A stretch of 64,000 bases of DNA from positions 9,294-73,293 of the forward strand of contig CAYTKM010000005.1 in NCBI GenBank assembly GCA_964438425.1, read 5' to 3'. How positions within the stretch are numbered: the stretch's first letter is position 1; each line of letters opens with the position of its first letter. Positions 29,679 to 40,344 of the stretch are shown in pieces. The translations under genes were made by a program, and so were the position numbers. Under the pieces are notes generated by a model. It was not told the DNA's origin. It worked only from the letters and a program-made list of their open reading frames with translations, and did no database searches. The stretch is from an uncultured Gammaproteobacteria bacterium. GTDB taxonomy: Bacteria > Cyanobacteriota > Vampirovibrionia > LMEP-6097.

Positions 29679-30728
29679 TTATAATTCACCTAAGTTCTTA
29701 AATAAATCAAAACTTAATTTAAAACCGTTGGTATTATTTTTCACATAAAGCTTACTTAAGTGAGCTGATAAGATTATATCAGCTAAATAGCAACTAGTCG
29801 CGCAGCCCTTAGAAGTATTAAAATTGTAATTTTGAAAAGTAGTAAATAAATGTTTTAATTCAAGATCATCTAAAGGCTCAGAATTCACTCGAAATGAAAA
29901 GCTCGTAATATTTTCACTTAACCGTACTAAAATCTTGATTTCTGAGTTTTCTGCTGCTTTATAAATACTGTAATCTAATAGATGCATTAACGCTTTAATA
30001 AATTCAACTTTACTTACACTAATTTCAACCTCTTCTAAATCTAAATCCAGTTTCAGGTTTTTACTAGCAAGCTTATTAATATACTTTTTATGCAATTTTT
30101 CAAGCAAGCGCTTAATATTAAAGTTTTGGTAGATTAGTTTAACTTGACCTGTTAAATATGCTGTAATTTCTTTTAAATCTTTTAAACTGATATGAGCTGA
30201 ATTAGTATCTTGTGCTATCAACTCTAAAATGTGTTTAGAGTCTGCTTTAAGATTACCAGTTTCGCTTTTTAAAATGTTATTCGCACCTAAATGAGCAGCG
30301 TAGCAGGCTGTTTTCAAATCGTGTGCATAAGAACCGATTAAAGTGTTTAAGGTTTTAAATTTATCATCATAAGCTGAAGTTAAATTTAAGTGAATAACAT
30401 AATACTCTTCAAATTCATAATTAATAATTTTAAAATTTTGATTTAGACCGTCATTAAAATAGGCTTTAATAATTAAATCTTCATCATTTTTAATATTTTC
30501 TAATAAAAATTCTTCTACAAATTTATCTTTCTCAATAAATTCAGTGTTTAGCGAAATCAGCTTTAATTCACTTATAAAGTTATAGGCTAAATTATTAATA
30601 AAAACGTAGTCTGAACCTTGATTTACAACCAATAGTATCTCATCAAAAATTTTAATAAAGTCAAGTAGTGTCGCTGATAAATTACTATCTGGCGCGCAGG
30701 TAGTAAGATTAGCAAAAAATGTTTTCAT
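29679..30728 (-). CDS. putative cytoplasmic sensor histidine kinase (degenerate)
   Basis: H-box-like SYAHDLKTA. Weak HATPase-like C-terminus. It sits directly upstream of the response regulator. Confidence 0.5.
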   Translation of the reverse strand: MKTFFANLTTCAPDSNLSATLLDFIKIFDEILLVVNQGSDYVFINNLAYNFISELKLISLNTEFIEKDKFVEEFLLENIKNDEDLIIKAYFNDGLNQNFKIINYEFEEYYVIHLNLTSAYDDKFKTLNTLIGSYAHDLKTACYAAHLGANNILKSETGNLKADSKHILELIAQDTNSAHISLKDLKEITAYLTGQVKLIYQNFNIKRLLEKLHKKYINKLASKNLKLDLDLEEVEISVSKVEFIKALMHLLDYSIYKAAENSEIKILVRLSENITSFSFRVNSEPLDDLELKHLFTTFQNYNFNTSKGCATSCYLADIILSAHLSKLYVKNNTNGFKLSFDLFKNLGEL

Positions 30729-31007
30729 AACAGTATTTTACAGCTAAAAACTGTTTTTGTAAGGTAAACTCTACTTTAGGATTAGCTGCAACTCATACCT
30801 TTGTTTAAATAAAATTAATTTAAAGCTAGGCAAAACAGTACAGAAATAAATTATAAAAGTTGCTAAGTTTAAAGTGCGACACTCAAAGTTTAGTTCTAAT
30901 TTCAGATTGGTATTGGTTGTATTTGTATAGGACTATTTTTTATTTTGAGTGTTGCCCTTTATTTATATCTATGAACTTGCTAGCTTAACCGTGATATTAT
31001 TTTAAGA

Positions 31008-32051
31008 ATGTCAAGTACTAAAGCCTATCTGATCGGTCAAAGTGAAGATGATCTAATCAAATTAATTAGTAATATTAATGAGCCTAAGTTTAGAGCTAAA
31101 CAGATTTTCAAGTGGCTTTATGCTAAATCATGTCGTGATTTTACAGAAATGAGCGATTTAAACACAAAATTAAAGCAAAAGCTCGCTGATAATTTTCAAA
31201 TTGGACAACTTGCGCTTATAGAAAGGCAGGTTAGTAGCGATAATACCAAAAAATATCTTTTCGAAACGCCAGCAGGTGATTTTATCGAATCAGTTTTGAT
31301 GGAATTTGATGATCGTGACTCTTATACAGTTTGTATTAGCTCGCAAGTTGGTTGCGCTGTGAAATGTCCATTTTGTTCAACTGGTACTTTAGGCTTCCAA
31401 AAGAACTTAACAGCAGCTCAAATCATTGAACAGGTACTATTTATACAAAACCTAGAAAAATTAAGAGTAACTAATATAGTATTTATGGGTCAGGGCGAAC
31501 CTTTAAATAATTATGATGAAGTAGTGGATGCTACTAAAAAACTTAGAGATTTAGTGGGTATCGGTGCCAGACATATTACCATTTCTACTAGTGGAGTGAT
31601 TCCTAAAATAGATCAACTAGCTTTAGAAAAACTTCAGATCACACTCGCACTTTCTTTGCATGATCCTCACGATAAAGATCGTGATTACTTAGTACCCATT
31701 AATAAAAAATGGCCTATCGAGCCTCTAATGAATTCGATGAATGAATATGTAGAAATTACTGGGCGTAGAGTCACCATCGAATATGTACTTTTAGATGAAT
31801 TAAACACTAGCGAAAAGAAGGCTATCGATTTAGGTAAGCTAACCCAAAATCTGCATTGTAATATTAACTTGATACCTTATAACCAAAGCAGCTCTGATGA
31901 TCCATTTAAAAGACCAGCTAAATCTGTAATAGAAAAATTTGCTAGTTTAGTCAGCAAACATAGTAAAAATAAGACTGTCACTGTTAGAAAAGAGAAAGGT
32001 CATGATATTAAGGCGGCTTGCGGTCAGCTTGAGTCTTCGTATCGAAAATAA
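31008..32051 (+). CDS. rlmN: 23S rRNA/tRNA m2A methyltransferase RlmN (radical SAM)
   Basis: CAVKCPFCSTG motif. RlmN/Cfr-length protein with conserved GQGEPL. Confidence 0.8.
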   Translation: MSSTKAYLIGQSEDDLIKLISNINEPKFRAKQIFKWLYAKSCRDFTEMSDLNTKLKQKLADNFQIGQLALIERQVSSDNTKKYLFETPAGDFIESVLMEFDDRDSYTVCISSQVGCAVKCPFCSTGTLGFQKNLTAAQIIEQVLFIQNLEKLRVTNIVFMGQGEPLNNYDEVVDATKKLRDLVGIGARHITISTSGVIPKIDQLALEKLQITLALSLHDPHDKDRDYLVPINKKWPIEPLMNSMNEYVEITGRRVTIEYVLLDELNTSEKKAIDLGKLTQNLHCNINLIPYNQSSSDDPFKRPAKSVIEKFASLVSKHSKNKTVTVRKEKGHDIKAACGQLESSYRK

Positions 32052-32233
32052 TTAAGCACTTGTTATTACAATTTAGTCGAATGTAAGGTTCTTAAGTACT
32101 AATATTTTAAATTACTAGCTTATTTTCAGATTAATAGATAATTTTCTAAGCTAATCAATAATATTTTAAGGCTTCTTTTAAATTTAATTATCTTCTTCAC
32201 CTAGCTGCAAGATTCATTTGAGTTATAATCAAT

Positions 32234-35110
32234 ATGATGTTCGATAAGTTCTTGAAGTTACTTGCAGGTGATCCTAACGGTAAAAAACTAAAAAATATGC
32301 ATAAGATCGTCGATAAAGTAAATGCTTTAGAAGATGAAATTAGTAAATTAAGTGATGACCAGCTTAAAGCTAAAACTGACGAATTTAGAAAACGTCTTGA
32401 TGACAGAATTACTAACACTACTTTTGAAGTTTTAATCGCCGATGATGTTTCTAGAATGCCAGGTCAGCTCAGAACTACTCACGATGTAGCGCTTGCTGAA
32501 GAACTAGAAAATATTATGCCAGAAGCTTTTGCTGTATGTCGCGAAGCTGCTAAACGTGTACTAGGTATGAGGCATTATGACGTGCAGATTATTGGTGGCG
32601 CTCAGCTTCACTATAATGGAATCGCTGAAATGCAGACAGGTGAAGGTAAAACATTAGTGGGTACTCTAGCAACTTATCTAAATGGTTTAAGCGCGCGTGG
32701 CGTGCATGTGATCACGGTAAATGATTACCTAGCAAGAAGAGACTCTGAGTGGATGGGTAAATTATATAAATGGCTAGGTCTTACTGTAGGTTTAGTAGCC
32801 AGTAAAATGCCACCTCCTGAGCGTAAAGCAGCTTATAACTGTGACATCACATATGGTACAAATAATGAGTTTGGTTTTGATTATCTAAGAGATAATATGG
32901 AATCTAAGTTAGAAAGCTGCGTGCAACGTCCATATTATATGGCGATCATTGATGAAGTCGATAGTATTTTAATCGATGAAGCTAGAACACCACTAATAAT
33001 TAGTGGTATGCCTGACAAACGTAAAAATGAGATTTATCAGGCAATGAGCCAAGTGGTTAAACATCTAAACCGCGCTGAAGGTGAAAAAGACACTAATATA
33101 AATGCTCACTATTATATAGATGAAAAAGCTAAAAACGCTATTTTAACTGAAGCTGGTATTAAAAAAGCTGAAGAAGTGCTTAAGGTAGATGATTTATGGA
33201 ACCCTGAAACTAATTTAGCGCACCATCTAATCCAGGCTTTAAGAGCTAAAGATTTATATGTTAGAGACACAGATTATATTATTCAGGTAAATCCACAAAG
33301 CAAGAAAAAAGAAGTAGTTATTGTTGATGAGTTTACTGGACGTTTGATGGAAGGTAGACGTTGGGGTGATGGTTTACATCAGGCTGTCGAAGCTAAAGAA
33401 GGCGTGCCCATCCAAGAAGAAACTTTAACAATGGCAAGCATTACTTTCCAAAACCTGTTTAGACTATATCCTAAGCTCGCTGGCATGACTGGTACTGCTG
33501 AAACTGAAGCTGAAGAGCTAAATAAAATCTATAATTTAGAAGTACTAACCATCCCGACAAACAAACCATGTCAGCGTGATAATCTAAACGACATCGTATA
33601 TAAATCTGAGCAATTAAAATTCTTTGCGATAGCTGAAGAAGTAGTGAAAGTTCATAATAAAGGCAGACCGGTTTTAATCGGTACTACAAGTATTGATAAA
33701 TCAGAGTTTTTAGGCACAATATTATCTAAACCAATGTTTGCTCTGCAAATTTTAGAAAAGCGTTTAGCTAGATTTAACGTTTTAAGCTCTCAAAACGGCG
33801 TTGACGTACCAGCTGAACTGAAAAAAGCTTTTGAAAAACCTGGTACTTTAAAACTTAGTGCTATAGAACCGTATTTAGAGAATTTAAAGAAACAGTGCGC
33901 TAAAAAAGAGGAATTGAAGTTCGCTTTAGACACTTTTTTAGATACTTTAGAAGTGCTAGATGCCATCAAGTCTGGACTAAAGTTTACTGTTTTAAACGCC
34001 AAGCATCATGAGAAAGAAGCTGAGATTATCAGACAAGCAGGTAAACCTGGCGCTATTACTATCGCAACCAATATGGCTGGCCGTGGTACTGATATCGTGC
34101 TTGGTGGTTATTTATCTAATGATCCTAAGGACCCGAACTATGAAGTAGTAGATAAAGAAGCTCAGGCGAAAGTGATTGCAAGTGGTGGCTTGCATGTAAT
34201 TGGTTCAGAAAGGCATGAAAGCCGTCGTATAGATAATCAGCTTAGAGGTCGCTGCGCTAGGCAAGGTGATCCTGGTACATCGAGATTTTTCTTATCACTT
34301 GAAGATAACTTAATGCGTATTTTCGGTGGCGATAAGATGATCAGCATTATGAATATGCTTAATGCTGATGATGATACTCCGATCGAAGCTGGCATTATCA
34401 CAGGTGCGATCAATAATTCTCAGAAAAAAGTTGAAGGTCATCATTTCGATATGCGTAAGCATGTACTTCAGTATGATGACGTCGTTAATACCCAAAGAGA
34501 AGTTATCTATCGCGAGCGCCGCAAGATTTTAGAAGGCGGCGATATCCATCAAAATATCATCAATATGATTAATCTTCAGGCTGAAGGTGCTGTTTATCAG
34601 TTTTTAAATGCTGAAGCTAATACTGATTTATGGTTTGATAGCAGTAGCGGAGCTAGTCCGATTCAGAAGTGTTTTGAACAATTGAAAACGATCTTCACTG
34701 AAGAAGTTACTGAACATATGTCACCTATGGAAGAATTTAGGGAATTAGGTTTTGATGCTTTAGTCCACCAAGCTAAGGAAGCAGCTCTTAAAATATTTAC
34801 TCTACAAGAAAATAGTTGTGGTTTAGATATTTTAAAAGCAGCTGAAAGACAGATCATGCTTCATGTAATCGATAATAAGTGGATTGGTCATCTGCATGCG
34901 ATGGACGCCCTTAAAGACGGTATCCATCTTCAAGGTTACGGTCAAAAAGATCCACTTGTTGAATATAAAAAAGAAGCTTTCAATATGTTTGATGAACTTT
35001 TATTTGATATCAAGCGTGATACAGTAACTTTACTGTTCCATGCACAGATTATTAACCGCACCAATGCACCTATGGATGGTAATCCTGAAGCTGCTAATAG
35101 CATGAAGTAG
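32234..35110 (+). CDS. secA: preprotein translocase ATPase SecA
   Basis: MQTGEGKT Walker A, DEVDSILIDEARTPLIIS, TNMAGRGTDI. It carries a ~90-aa insertion before the NAKHHEKEA segment. Confidence 0.9.
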   Translation: MMFDKFLKLLAGDPNGKKLKNMHKIVDKVNALEDEISKLSDDQLKAKTDEFRKRLDDRITNTTFEVLIADDVSRMPGQLRTTHDVALAEELENIMPEAFAVCREAAKRVLGMRHYDVQIIGGAQLHYNGIAEMQTGEGKTLVGTLATYLNGLSARGVHVITVNDYLARRDSEWMGKLYKWLGLTVGLVASKMPPPERKAAYNCDITYGTNNEFGFDYLRDNMESKLESCVQRPYYMAIIDEVDSILIDEARTPLIISGMPDKRKNEIYQAMSQVVKHLNRAEGEKDTNINAHYYIDEKAKNAILTEAGIKKAEEVLKVDDLWNPETNLAHHLIQALRAKDLYVRDTDYIIQVNPQSKKKEVVIVDEFTGRLMEGRRWGDGLHQAVEAKEGVPIQEETLTMASITFQNLFRLYPKLAGMTGTAETEAEELNKIYNLEVLTIPTNKPCQRDNLNDIVYKSEQLKFFAIAEEVVKVHNKGRPVLIGTTSIDKSEFLGTILSKPMFALQILEKRLARFNVLSSQNGVDVPAELKKAFEKPGTLKLSAIEPYLENLKKQCAKKEELKFALDTFLDTLEVLDAIKSGLKFTVLNAKHHEKEAEIIRQAGKPGAITIATNMAGRGTDIVLGGYLSNDPKDPNYEVVDKEAQAKVIASGGLHVIGSERHESRRIDNQLRGRCARQGDPGTSRFFLSLEDNLMRIFGGDKMISIMNMLNADDDTPIEAGIITGAINNSQKKVEGHHFDMRKHVLQYDDVVNTQREVIYRERRKILEGGDIHQNIINMINLQAEGAVYQFLNAEANTDLWFDSSSGASPIQKCFEQLKTIFTEEVTEHMSPMEEFRELGFDALVHQAKEAALKIFTLQENSCGLDILKAAERQIMLHVIDNKWIGHLHAMDALKDGIHLQGYGQKDPLVEYKKEAFNMFDELLFDIKRDTVTLLFHAQIINRTNAPMDGNPEAANSMK

Positions 35111-35116
35111 AATTAT

Positions 35117-35219
35117 AAAAATTTTCTAAAAAACATTGAAATCTGTAAAAATTTTCTAAAACATACCCAAATTTAGAAAATTTTTACAATTTAGACCTTT
35201 ATTTAGAATTTTCTTCTAA
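35117..35219. repeat. A/T palindrome cluster C (AAAATTTTCTAAA x3 and TTAGAA-N5-TTCTAA)
   Basis: Direct copies at 35117 and 35147, an inverted copy at 35169, and the palindrome at 35203-35219. The cluster sits between the convergent secA and polA ends. Confidence 0.5.
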
Positions 35220-35298
35220 ATAATAAATAGCTAGTTTAAAGCTTTAGATCTAAAAAACTCAGAACGTAATAACTTCAAAGACGAACTTAAATATAGAT

Positions 35299-38238
35299 TT
35301 AATGTGCTTCGAGCCAGTTATTTCCATGATTTAGGTTAACTTTCAAAGGCACTTTTAACTGATAAATATTTTCAAGTGTATCTTTAGTTATATCTTTTAC
35401 TTCTTCTATTACCGACTGATGAACGTCTAAAATAATTTCATCATGCACTTGAAGTATAATTTCAGGTTTAAGCTCTGCTCGCTCAGCAAATTTAGTTGCT
35501 AAGTTTTCTTGCAGCTTGATCATCGCCAGTTTAACAATATCAGCAGCAGCGCCTTGAATCACAGTATTAAAAGCTTGTCTTTCTTCTTCTTTAGAGATAA
35601 TTTTATTACGAGAATTTATATTTCTAAAGTAGCGGCGACGATTAAAAATTGTTTCTACATAATGATTCGCGCGCGCAAAGTCTAAAGTTTCATCCATAAA
35701 TGGTTTAACATTTTTAAATGCAGCAAAGTAATTTTCAATAAAGGTTTTAGCTTCTTTATTAGAAATTCCAAGCTGGCGAGCCGTGGCAAACGCTCCTTGC
35801 ATGTAAATTAAAGCAAAGTTTAAAGTTTTACCAATTCTACGCATATCTTCATCGATGTCAGCTAAATCTTTATCCATAGTTAAAGCGGCAGTCTGACTAT
35901 GAATATCTAAATCTTTAGTAAAAGCTTCAATCAAATAAGGATCTTCAGTTATATGCGCTAAAATTCTAAGCTCAATCTGAGAATAATCAGCACTAATTAA
36001 AACATGCTCACTATCACTTGCGATAAAACCTTTTCTAACCTTGCGACCCAGCTCAGTTTTAATAGGTATGTTTTGTAAATTTGGGTTACTAGAACTCAAT
36101 CTGCCAGTAGCAGTCAGTACCTGATTAAAATCAGAGTGCACCCTACCAGTTTTTTTATTGATTAGTTTAGGTAAATTATCGATATAAGTGCTAAGTAATT
36201 TAGCGAGCTCGCGGTAATTTATAATTGCTGAAATTAATTCATGGTGTTCACTATTATCATCATTAAGTAAGATACTATCCAAAACCTTGGCATCGGTTGA
36301 ATAATAACCAGATTTGTTTTTTCGGGCTTTACCTGGATCTATCTTCAATTCATCAAATAAAACTTCACTTAATTGTTTAGGTGAAGCAATATTAAATGTT
36401 TTAGCGGTCTTTTCATAAATAACCTGCTCTAAGTTTTTTAAGTCTTCATTTAACTCTAAACTTAGCTTTGCTAGATATTCAGTATCGATATTAAAACCAG
36501 AACGCTCAATCTCAATTAAAACTTTAACTAAAGGTACATCGATATTATTCATTAAATCAGCTGCATCCTTATCTAGTGCCTTTAAGTAATGCAGATACAG
36601 ACGATAAGTTACATAAGCATCAGCAGCAGCATAAGCAGCAGAAGCCTCTACACCAACTTGATCCATAGTAATCTGTTTTTTACCCTTACCTATCAGTTCA
36701 GTAATTTCAGTCATTTTTAAAGCTAGTATGCGCGCTGCTTGCAGTTTTAGACCATGTTTATTGGCAGGGTTAAATACATAACTCGCCAGCATAGTATCAA
36801 AGAAATTTTGATGAATAGCTATACCATGACTTAAAAAGATTTCTTGCTCGAACTTGGCGTTTTGCATAACCATTTTTCTAGAACTATCTTCAAGTACATT
36901 CTTTAAACCACTAATTACAGTTTCAAGATCGAGCTGCTTATAAGTAAGATCCTGATGACCTACTGGAATGTAATAAGAAGCAATTTCAAACTCGCTCTCT
37001 GGTGCATGAAAAGCTATCGCAAAGCCTACTATATTTAAATTCAAAGTATCTAGACCATCAGTTTCTAAATCAATCGCATAAGTTTCAACCTGCTTTAGTT
37101 TAGCTAGCAGATCATTAAAAGTCTCAAGCTGATTTACAATAACTGGTTTTAAATTAACCTGCTTTAATTCAGCATCTAATACTTCCCACTTATCAGCATT
37201 AGGTTCAGTAGCTTTGCTAGTGTTATCGTACTCTACTCCTTCTTCAATATCAGTAGTAAGTTTATATAATTTACCATTGTTAAAAGGTTTTAAAATCATT
37301 GGTAAACGCTTAATAATAGAGTTAAATTGAAAGTGTTTTAAAAATTCTACTAACGAGTCTACTTCAGGTAAATTTAACTTAGCTTCATCTAAATAGTTTT
37401 GTGCTTGATCTTTTTTAGTTTCTTCAATAATAATAGTTGCTAAAAATTGTGATTTTCTTGCTGAATCACTTTGTTCTCTTAATTTTTCTTGGGTTTTAGG
37501 CGGCTTAATTTCGTCTAAATTTTCATAAATACCATCTAAACTATCATAATCATTTAAAAGTTTAATAGCACTTTTAGCACCAAGACCTTTAACACCTGGT
37601 ATATTATCAGAGCTATCACCTGCAATCGCTTTATAATCGATAATCTGATGTGGGTGTACTCCCATTTCGTCATAAACTTCCTGAGGTCCATAAAATTTAA
37701 GTCCACCACCACGAATCGGCGAAGCTACAGTCACTGAATTACTAACTAACTGGAACATGTCTTTATCACCAGATAATAAAATCACTTGTTGGTTTTGTTT
37801 TTCTGCTTCCTTAGCAACAATACCGATTAAGTCATCAGCCTCAAAACCAGGTTCTTCAAGTATCGGAATATTGAATTTAGCAAAAGCGTCTTTAATTAAA
37901 GGCCATTGAACCTGCAATTCTTCAGGCATCTCATCTGGGCGATTGGCTTTATAGTTATCGCAGCTTTCATGTCTAAAAGAACCACCAGCTAAATCAAAGG
38001 CAATCGCTACTCTGGTCGGTTGTGCAATTTCAATTACATCAAATAAAGCTTTTAAAGTACCGTAGATAGCCCAAGTCGGCTCTCCTTCACGGTTACGTAA
38101 GTTAGTTCTTTCAAGTGCAAAAAACATCCTAAAAGCTAGGTTGGAACCATCAATTAGCAAAACTTTTTCTTTGTTTTGCTTGCTTGCAAGCTGCAAACTT
38201 GCTTCAGGTTTAGTAATATCAGCTGAAGTTGAACTCAT
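35299..38238 (-). CDS. polA: DNA polymerase I
   Basis: N-terminal 5'-3' exonuclease domain, 3'-5' exonuclease domain, and polymerase motifs (RRRYF.N...NTVIQGAAADI, QVHDEIILD). Confidence 0.9.
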   Translation of the reverse strand: MSSTSADITKPEASLQLASKQNKEKVLLIDGSNLAFRMFFALERTNLRNREGEPTWAIYGTLKALFDVIEIAQPTRVAIAFDLAGGSFRHESCDNYKANRPDEMPEELQVQWPLIKDAFAKFNIPILEEPGFEADDLIGIVAKEAEKQNQQVILLSGDKDMFQLVSNSVTVASPIRGGGLKFYGPQEVYDEMGVHPHQIIDYKAIAGDSSDNIPGVKGLGAKSAIKLLNDYDSLDGIYENLDEIKPPKTQEKLREQSDSARKSQFLATIIIEETKKDQAQNYLDEAKLNLPEVDSLVEFLKHFQFNSIIKRLPMILKPFNNGKLYKLTTDIEEGVEYDNTSKATEPNADKWEVLDAELKQVNLKPVIVNQLETFNDLLAKLKQVETYAIDLETDGLDTLNLNIVGFAIAFHAPESEFEIASYYIPVGHQDLTYKQLDLETVISGLKNVLEDSSRKMVMQNAKFEQEIFLSHGIAIHQNFFDTMLASYVFNPANKHGLKLQAARILALKMTEITELIGKGKKQITMDQVGVEASAAYAAADAYVTYRLYLHYLKALDKDAADLMNNIDVPLVKVLIEIERSGFNIDTEYLAKLSLELNEDLKNLEQVIYEKTAKTFNIASPKQLSEVLFDELKIDPGKARKNKSGYYSTDAKVLDSILLNDDNSEHHELISAIINYRELAKLLSTYIDNLPKLINKKTGRVHSDFNQVLTATGRLSSSNPNLQNIPIKTELGRKVRKGFIASDSEHVLISADYSQIELRILAHITEDPYLIEAFTKDLDIHSQTAALTMDKDLADIDEDMRRIGKTLNFALIYMQGAFATARQLGISNKEAKTFIENYFAAFKNVKPFMDETLDFARANHYVETIFNRRRYFRNINSRNKIISKEEERQAFNTVIQGAAADIVKLAMIKLQENLATKFAERAELKPEIILQVHDEIILDVHQSVIEEVKDITKDTLENIYQLKVPLKVNLNHGNNWLEAH

Positions 38239-38284
38239 CTTTTAGCTTAAAATTATAGCAACCATAAGTATTAATTAGTAATCG

Positions 38285-39064
38285 TTAAAGTTGCTGATAA
38301 TCTGGGTCATTTTTATATGATTCAGCTAATTTCTCTAACTCAGCTACAGAGTCACTGTTCTGGTTTAGATCTATCTCATCATCTTTTGAGGGCTCTGGTT
38401 CAACTGAATTTTTTTTATCAAGGTAACTTTTCTTAAGATCTTTACTCTTTAGATCACTTTTTAAGTAAGTAAATTTATTTGTATCACTTGAACAATCATG
38501 ATGATCATTAAGTACTGGAAAATCAAAATTATAATAACAATCGTATGCTTCTTTTTCAGATTTAGATTTAGCTTCTAAAGAATTAGTATTAATATTTAAA
38601 ACTTTACCTACTTCTCTGTTATTGGGCTTTTTACTAGTTAAGAGTTTGTGGATACTTGCATTAGCACTTTTTCCAGATCTAGCTTCACCGGGCTTGCTTG
38701 CTATTAATTTGGCTAGCTTTTTTACACCAACTCCACCTAAATAACTTAAAAAAAACATGCTTAAGCCACCACCACTGATTAGCATCTGCTCAGTACTAGA
38801 CCTTTTAGCTAAGCCTAAATCTATGTGCTCAGGTCTAAAAGAAACAGTTCCAGTATGCTTTAAAGTATTAGCCTCGTCTATTTTTTTAGTCTCCTGCGAT
38901 GATGCTAATTTAGATAAATTAATTCTCTGCTGTTCTTTATTATTAGTTTCAATAGCTTTAGGTTGCTGTAAATTATTATTCTTTGTTATTTGAGGGTTTT
39001 TAAGATTGTTTTGGATAGAGTTTAATAAATTTATTTGATCGCGAGCAAGTATAGTTTTAAACAT
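38285..39064 (-). CDS. hypothetical protein
   Basis: 259-aa N/K-rich ORF with no motif. Confidence 0.4.
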   Translation of the reverse strand: MFKTILARDQINLLNSIQNNLKNPQITKNNNLQQPKAIETNNKEQQRINLSKLASSQETKKIDEANTLKHTGTVSFRPEHIDLGLAKRSSTEQMLISGGGLSMFFLSYLGGVGVKKLAKLIASKPGEARSGKSANASIHKLLTSKKPNNREVGKVLNINTNSLEAKSKSEKEAYDCYYNFDFPVLNDHHDCSSDTNKFTYLKSDLKSKDLKKSYLDKKNSVEPEPSKDDEIDLNQNSDSVAELEKLAESYKNDPDYQQL

Positions 39065-39161
39065 TCAACCATTTTATAACAACAACCAACACATAACAAA
39101 GGTAAAGTAAAAATAAAAAACAGGCTGAGTTAAAAACGGCTTATGCTATTATATCTAGGTT

Positions 39162-39623
39162 ATGGCAGCACAATTAGAATTAATCTTAACTGAAGACGTT
39201 GAAAAACTTGGTAAAGCTGGAGAATTAGTAAAAGTTAAGCATGGTTATGCTAGAAACTTTCTTTTACCTAAGGGCGTAGCTATTGTAGCTAATAAATTTA
39301 GTATGGCTGCTTATGAAGAGCGTAAAGCTAAGCTTGAAGCTGATGCTGAAGCTAGAAGAACTGCTGCTGAGAGTAATAAAACTAAGCTTGATGATGAATC
39401 TGTAGTAATCGAGGCTAAAGCTGGTGAATCTGGTAAGTTATTTGGTTCTATCACTAAAGAAGATATCGTTAAAGCTGTTAAAGAACAAAAAGCTATCGAT
39501 GTTGATAAAGATGGTGTTAAAATTACTAACCCGATTAGAACAATTGGCGAACATGCTATTACTATTCAGTTATTAGCTGGCATCACTGCTAATATGACTG
39601 TTAATGTTAGTCACATTAAATAA
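39162..39623 (+). CDS. rplI: 50S ribosomal protein L9
   Basis: MAAQLELILTEDVEKLGKAGELVKVKHGYARNFLLPKG is the canonical L9 N-terminus. Confidence 0.85.
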   Translation: MAAQLELILTEDVEKLGKAGELVKVKHGYARNFLLPKGVAIVANKFSMAAYEERKAKLEADAEARRTAAESNKTKLDDESVVIEAKAGESGKLFGSITKEDIVKAVKEQKAIDVDKDGVKITNPIRTIGEHAITIQLLAGITANMTVNVSHIK

Positions 39624-39714
39624 AACTTTTCTTTACAACTTAGAATTTTAGTTTATAATTTGGATAAATTCACATTAGTAAGCTAATGTTTTAAGTTGGA
39701 TTAACTAAATTAAT

Positions 39715-40344
39715 ATGTTTATCTCTATTGAAGGACCAGATCAAGCTGGAAAAACTACCCAAATTGAACTGCTCAAGTCTTTTGCTTTTGATAATAGTTT
39801 AGACTGGCTGTTTACTCGTAATCCAGGTGCTACTGATTTAGGTAAAGATATTAGAGACATCGTTTTAGATAATAAACGTAATATTTGTGATTACGCTGAA
39901 TTACTACTTTATTTAGCTGACCGAGCGCAACATATAGAAGAAGTACTTAAACCTGCTAAAGAAAAGCAGAGTGTAGTAATTTGTGATCGATATTTTGATA
40001 GCACTATAGCTTATCAGGGTTTTGGGCGTGAGCTTGATGTTAACTTTATTAAGCAAGTAAATTCTTTTATCTGCAAAGATCACAAACCAGATCTAACTAT
40101 TTTATTAATGTTAACCCCGACTGAAGCTTTTAAAAGACGTCAAGGTATTGCTGATAGACTAGAGCAAGAAAATAAACTTTTTCATATCAGAGTTTTAAAT
40201 GGCTTTAAAACAATGGCAGCATCAGAGCCTGGTAGAATTAAAATTATAAACGTAGCAGATATGTCTAAAGAAGACGTTCATGCTAGAATAATCGAACTTA
40301 TCAAAGCCCAAGCTGAAGATTTTGGTTTTAATTTAAATGTCTAA
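39715..40344 (+). CDS. tmk: thymidylate kinase
   Basis: FISIEGPDQAGKTTQ P-loop and DRY motif (CDRYFDST). Confidence 0.8.
   Translation: MFISIEGPDQAGKTTQIELLKSFAFDNSLDWLFTRNPGATDLGKDIRDIVLDNKRNICDYAELLLYLADRAQHIEEVLKPAKEKQSVVICDRYFDSTIAYQGFGRELDVNFIKQVNSFICKDHKPDLTILLMLTPTEAFKRRQGIADRLEQENKLFHIRVLNGFKTMAASEPGRIKIINVADMSKEDVHARIIELIKAQAEDFGFNLNV

Noticed and set aside
30876-30954. Long-range inverted repeat (gcgacactcaaag ... ttttgagtgttgc) upstream of rlmN as a possible riboswitch or attenuator.
   Set aside because: It is a single stem with a ~55-nt AT-rich loop and matches no known riboswitch consensus, so it could be chance in AT-rich DNA.
35117-35161. AAAATTTTCTAAAA repeats interpreted as genuine CodY boxes.
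   Set aside because: There is a mismatch at the conserved G of AATTTTCWGAAAATT. CodY is Firmicutes-specific, and the taxon here is unknown. I kept these only as a loose analogy within the palindrome finding.
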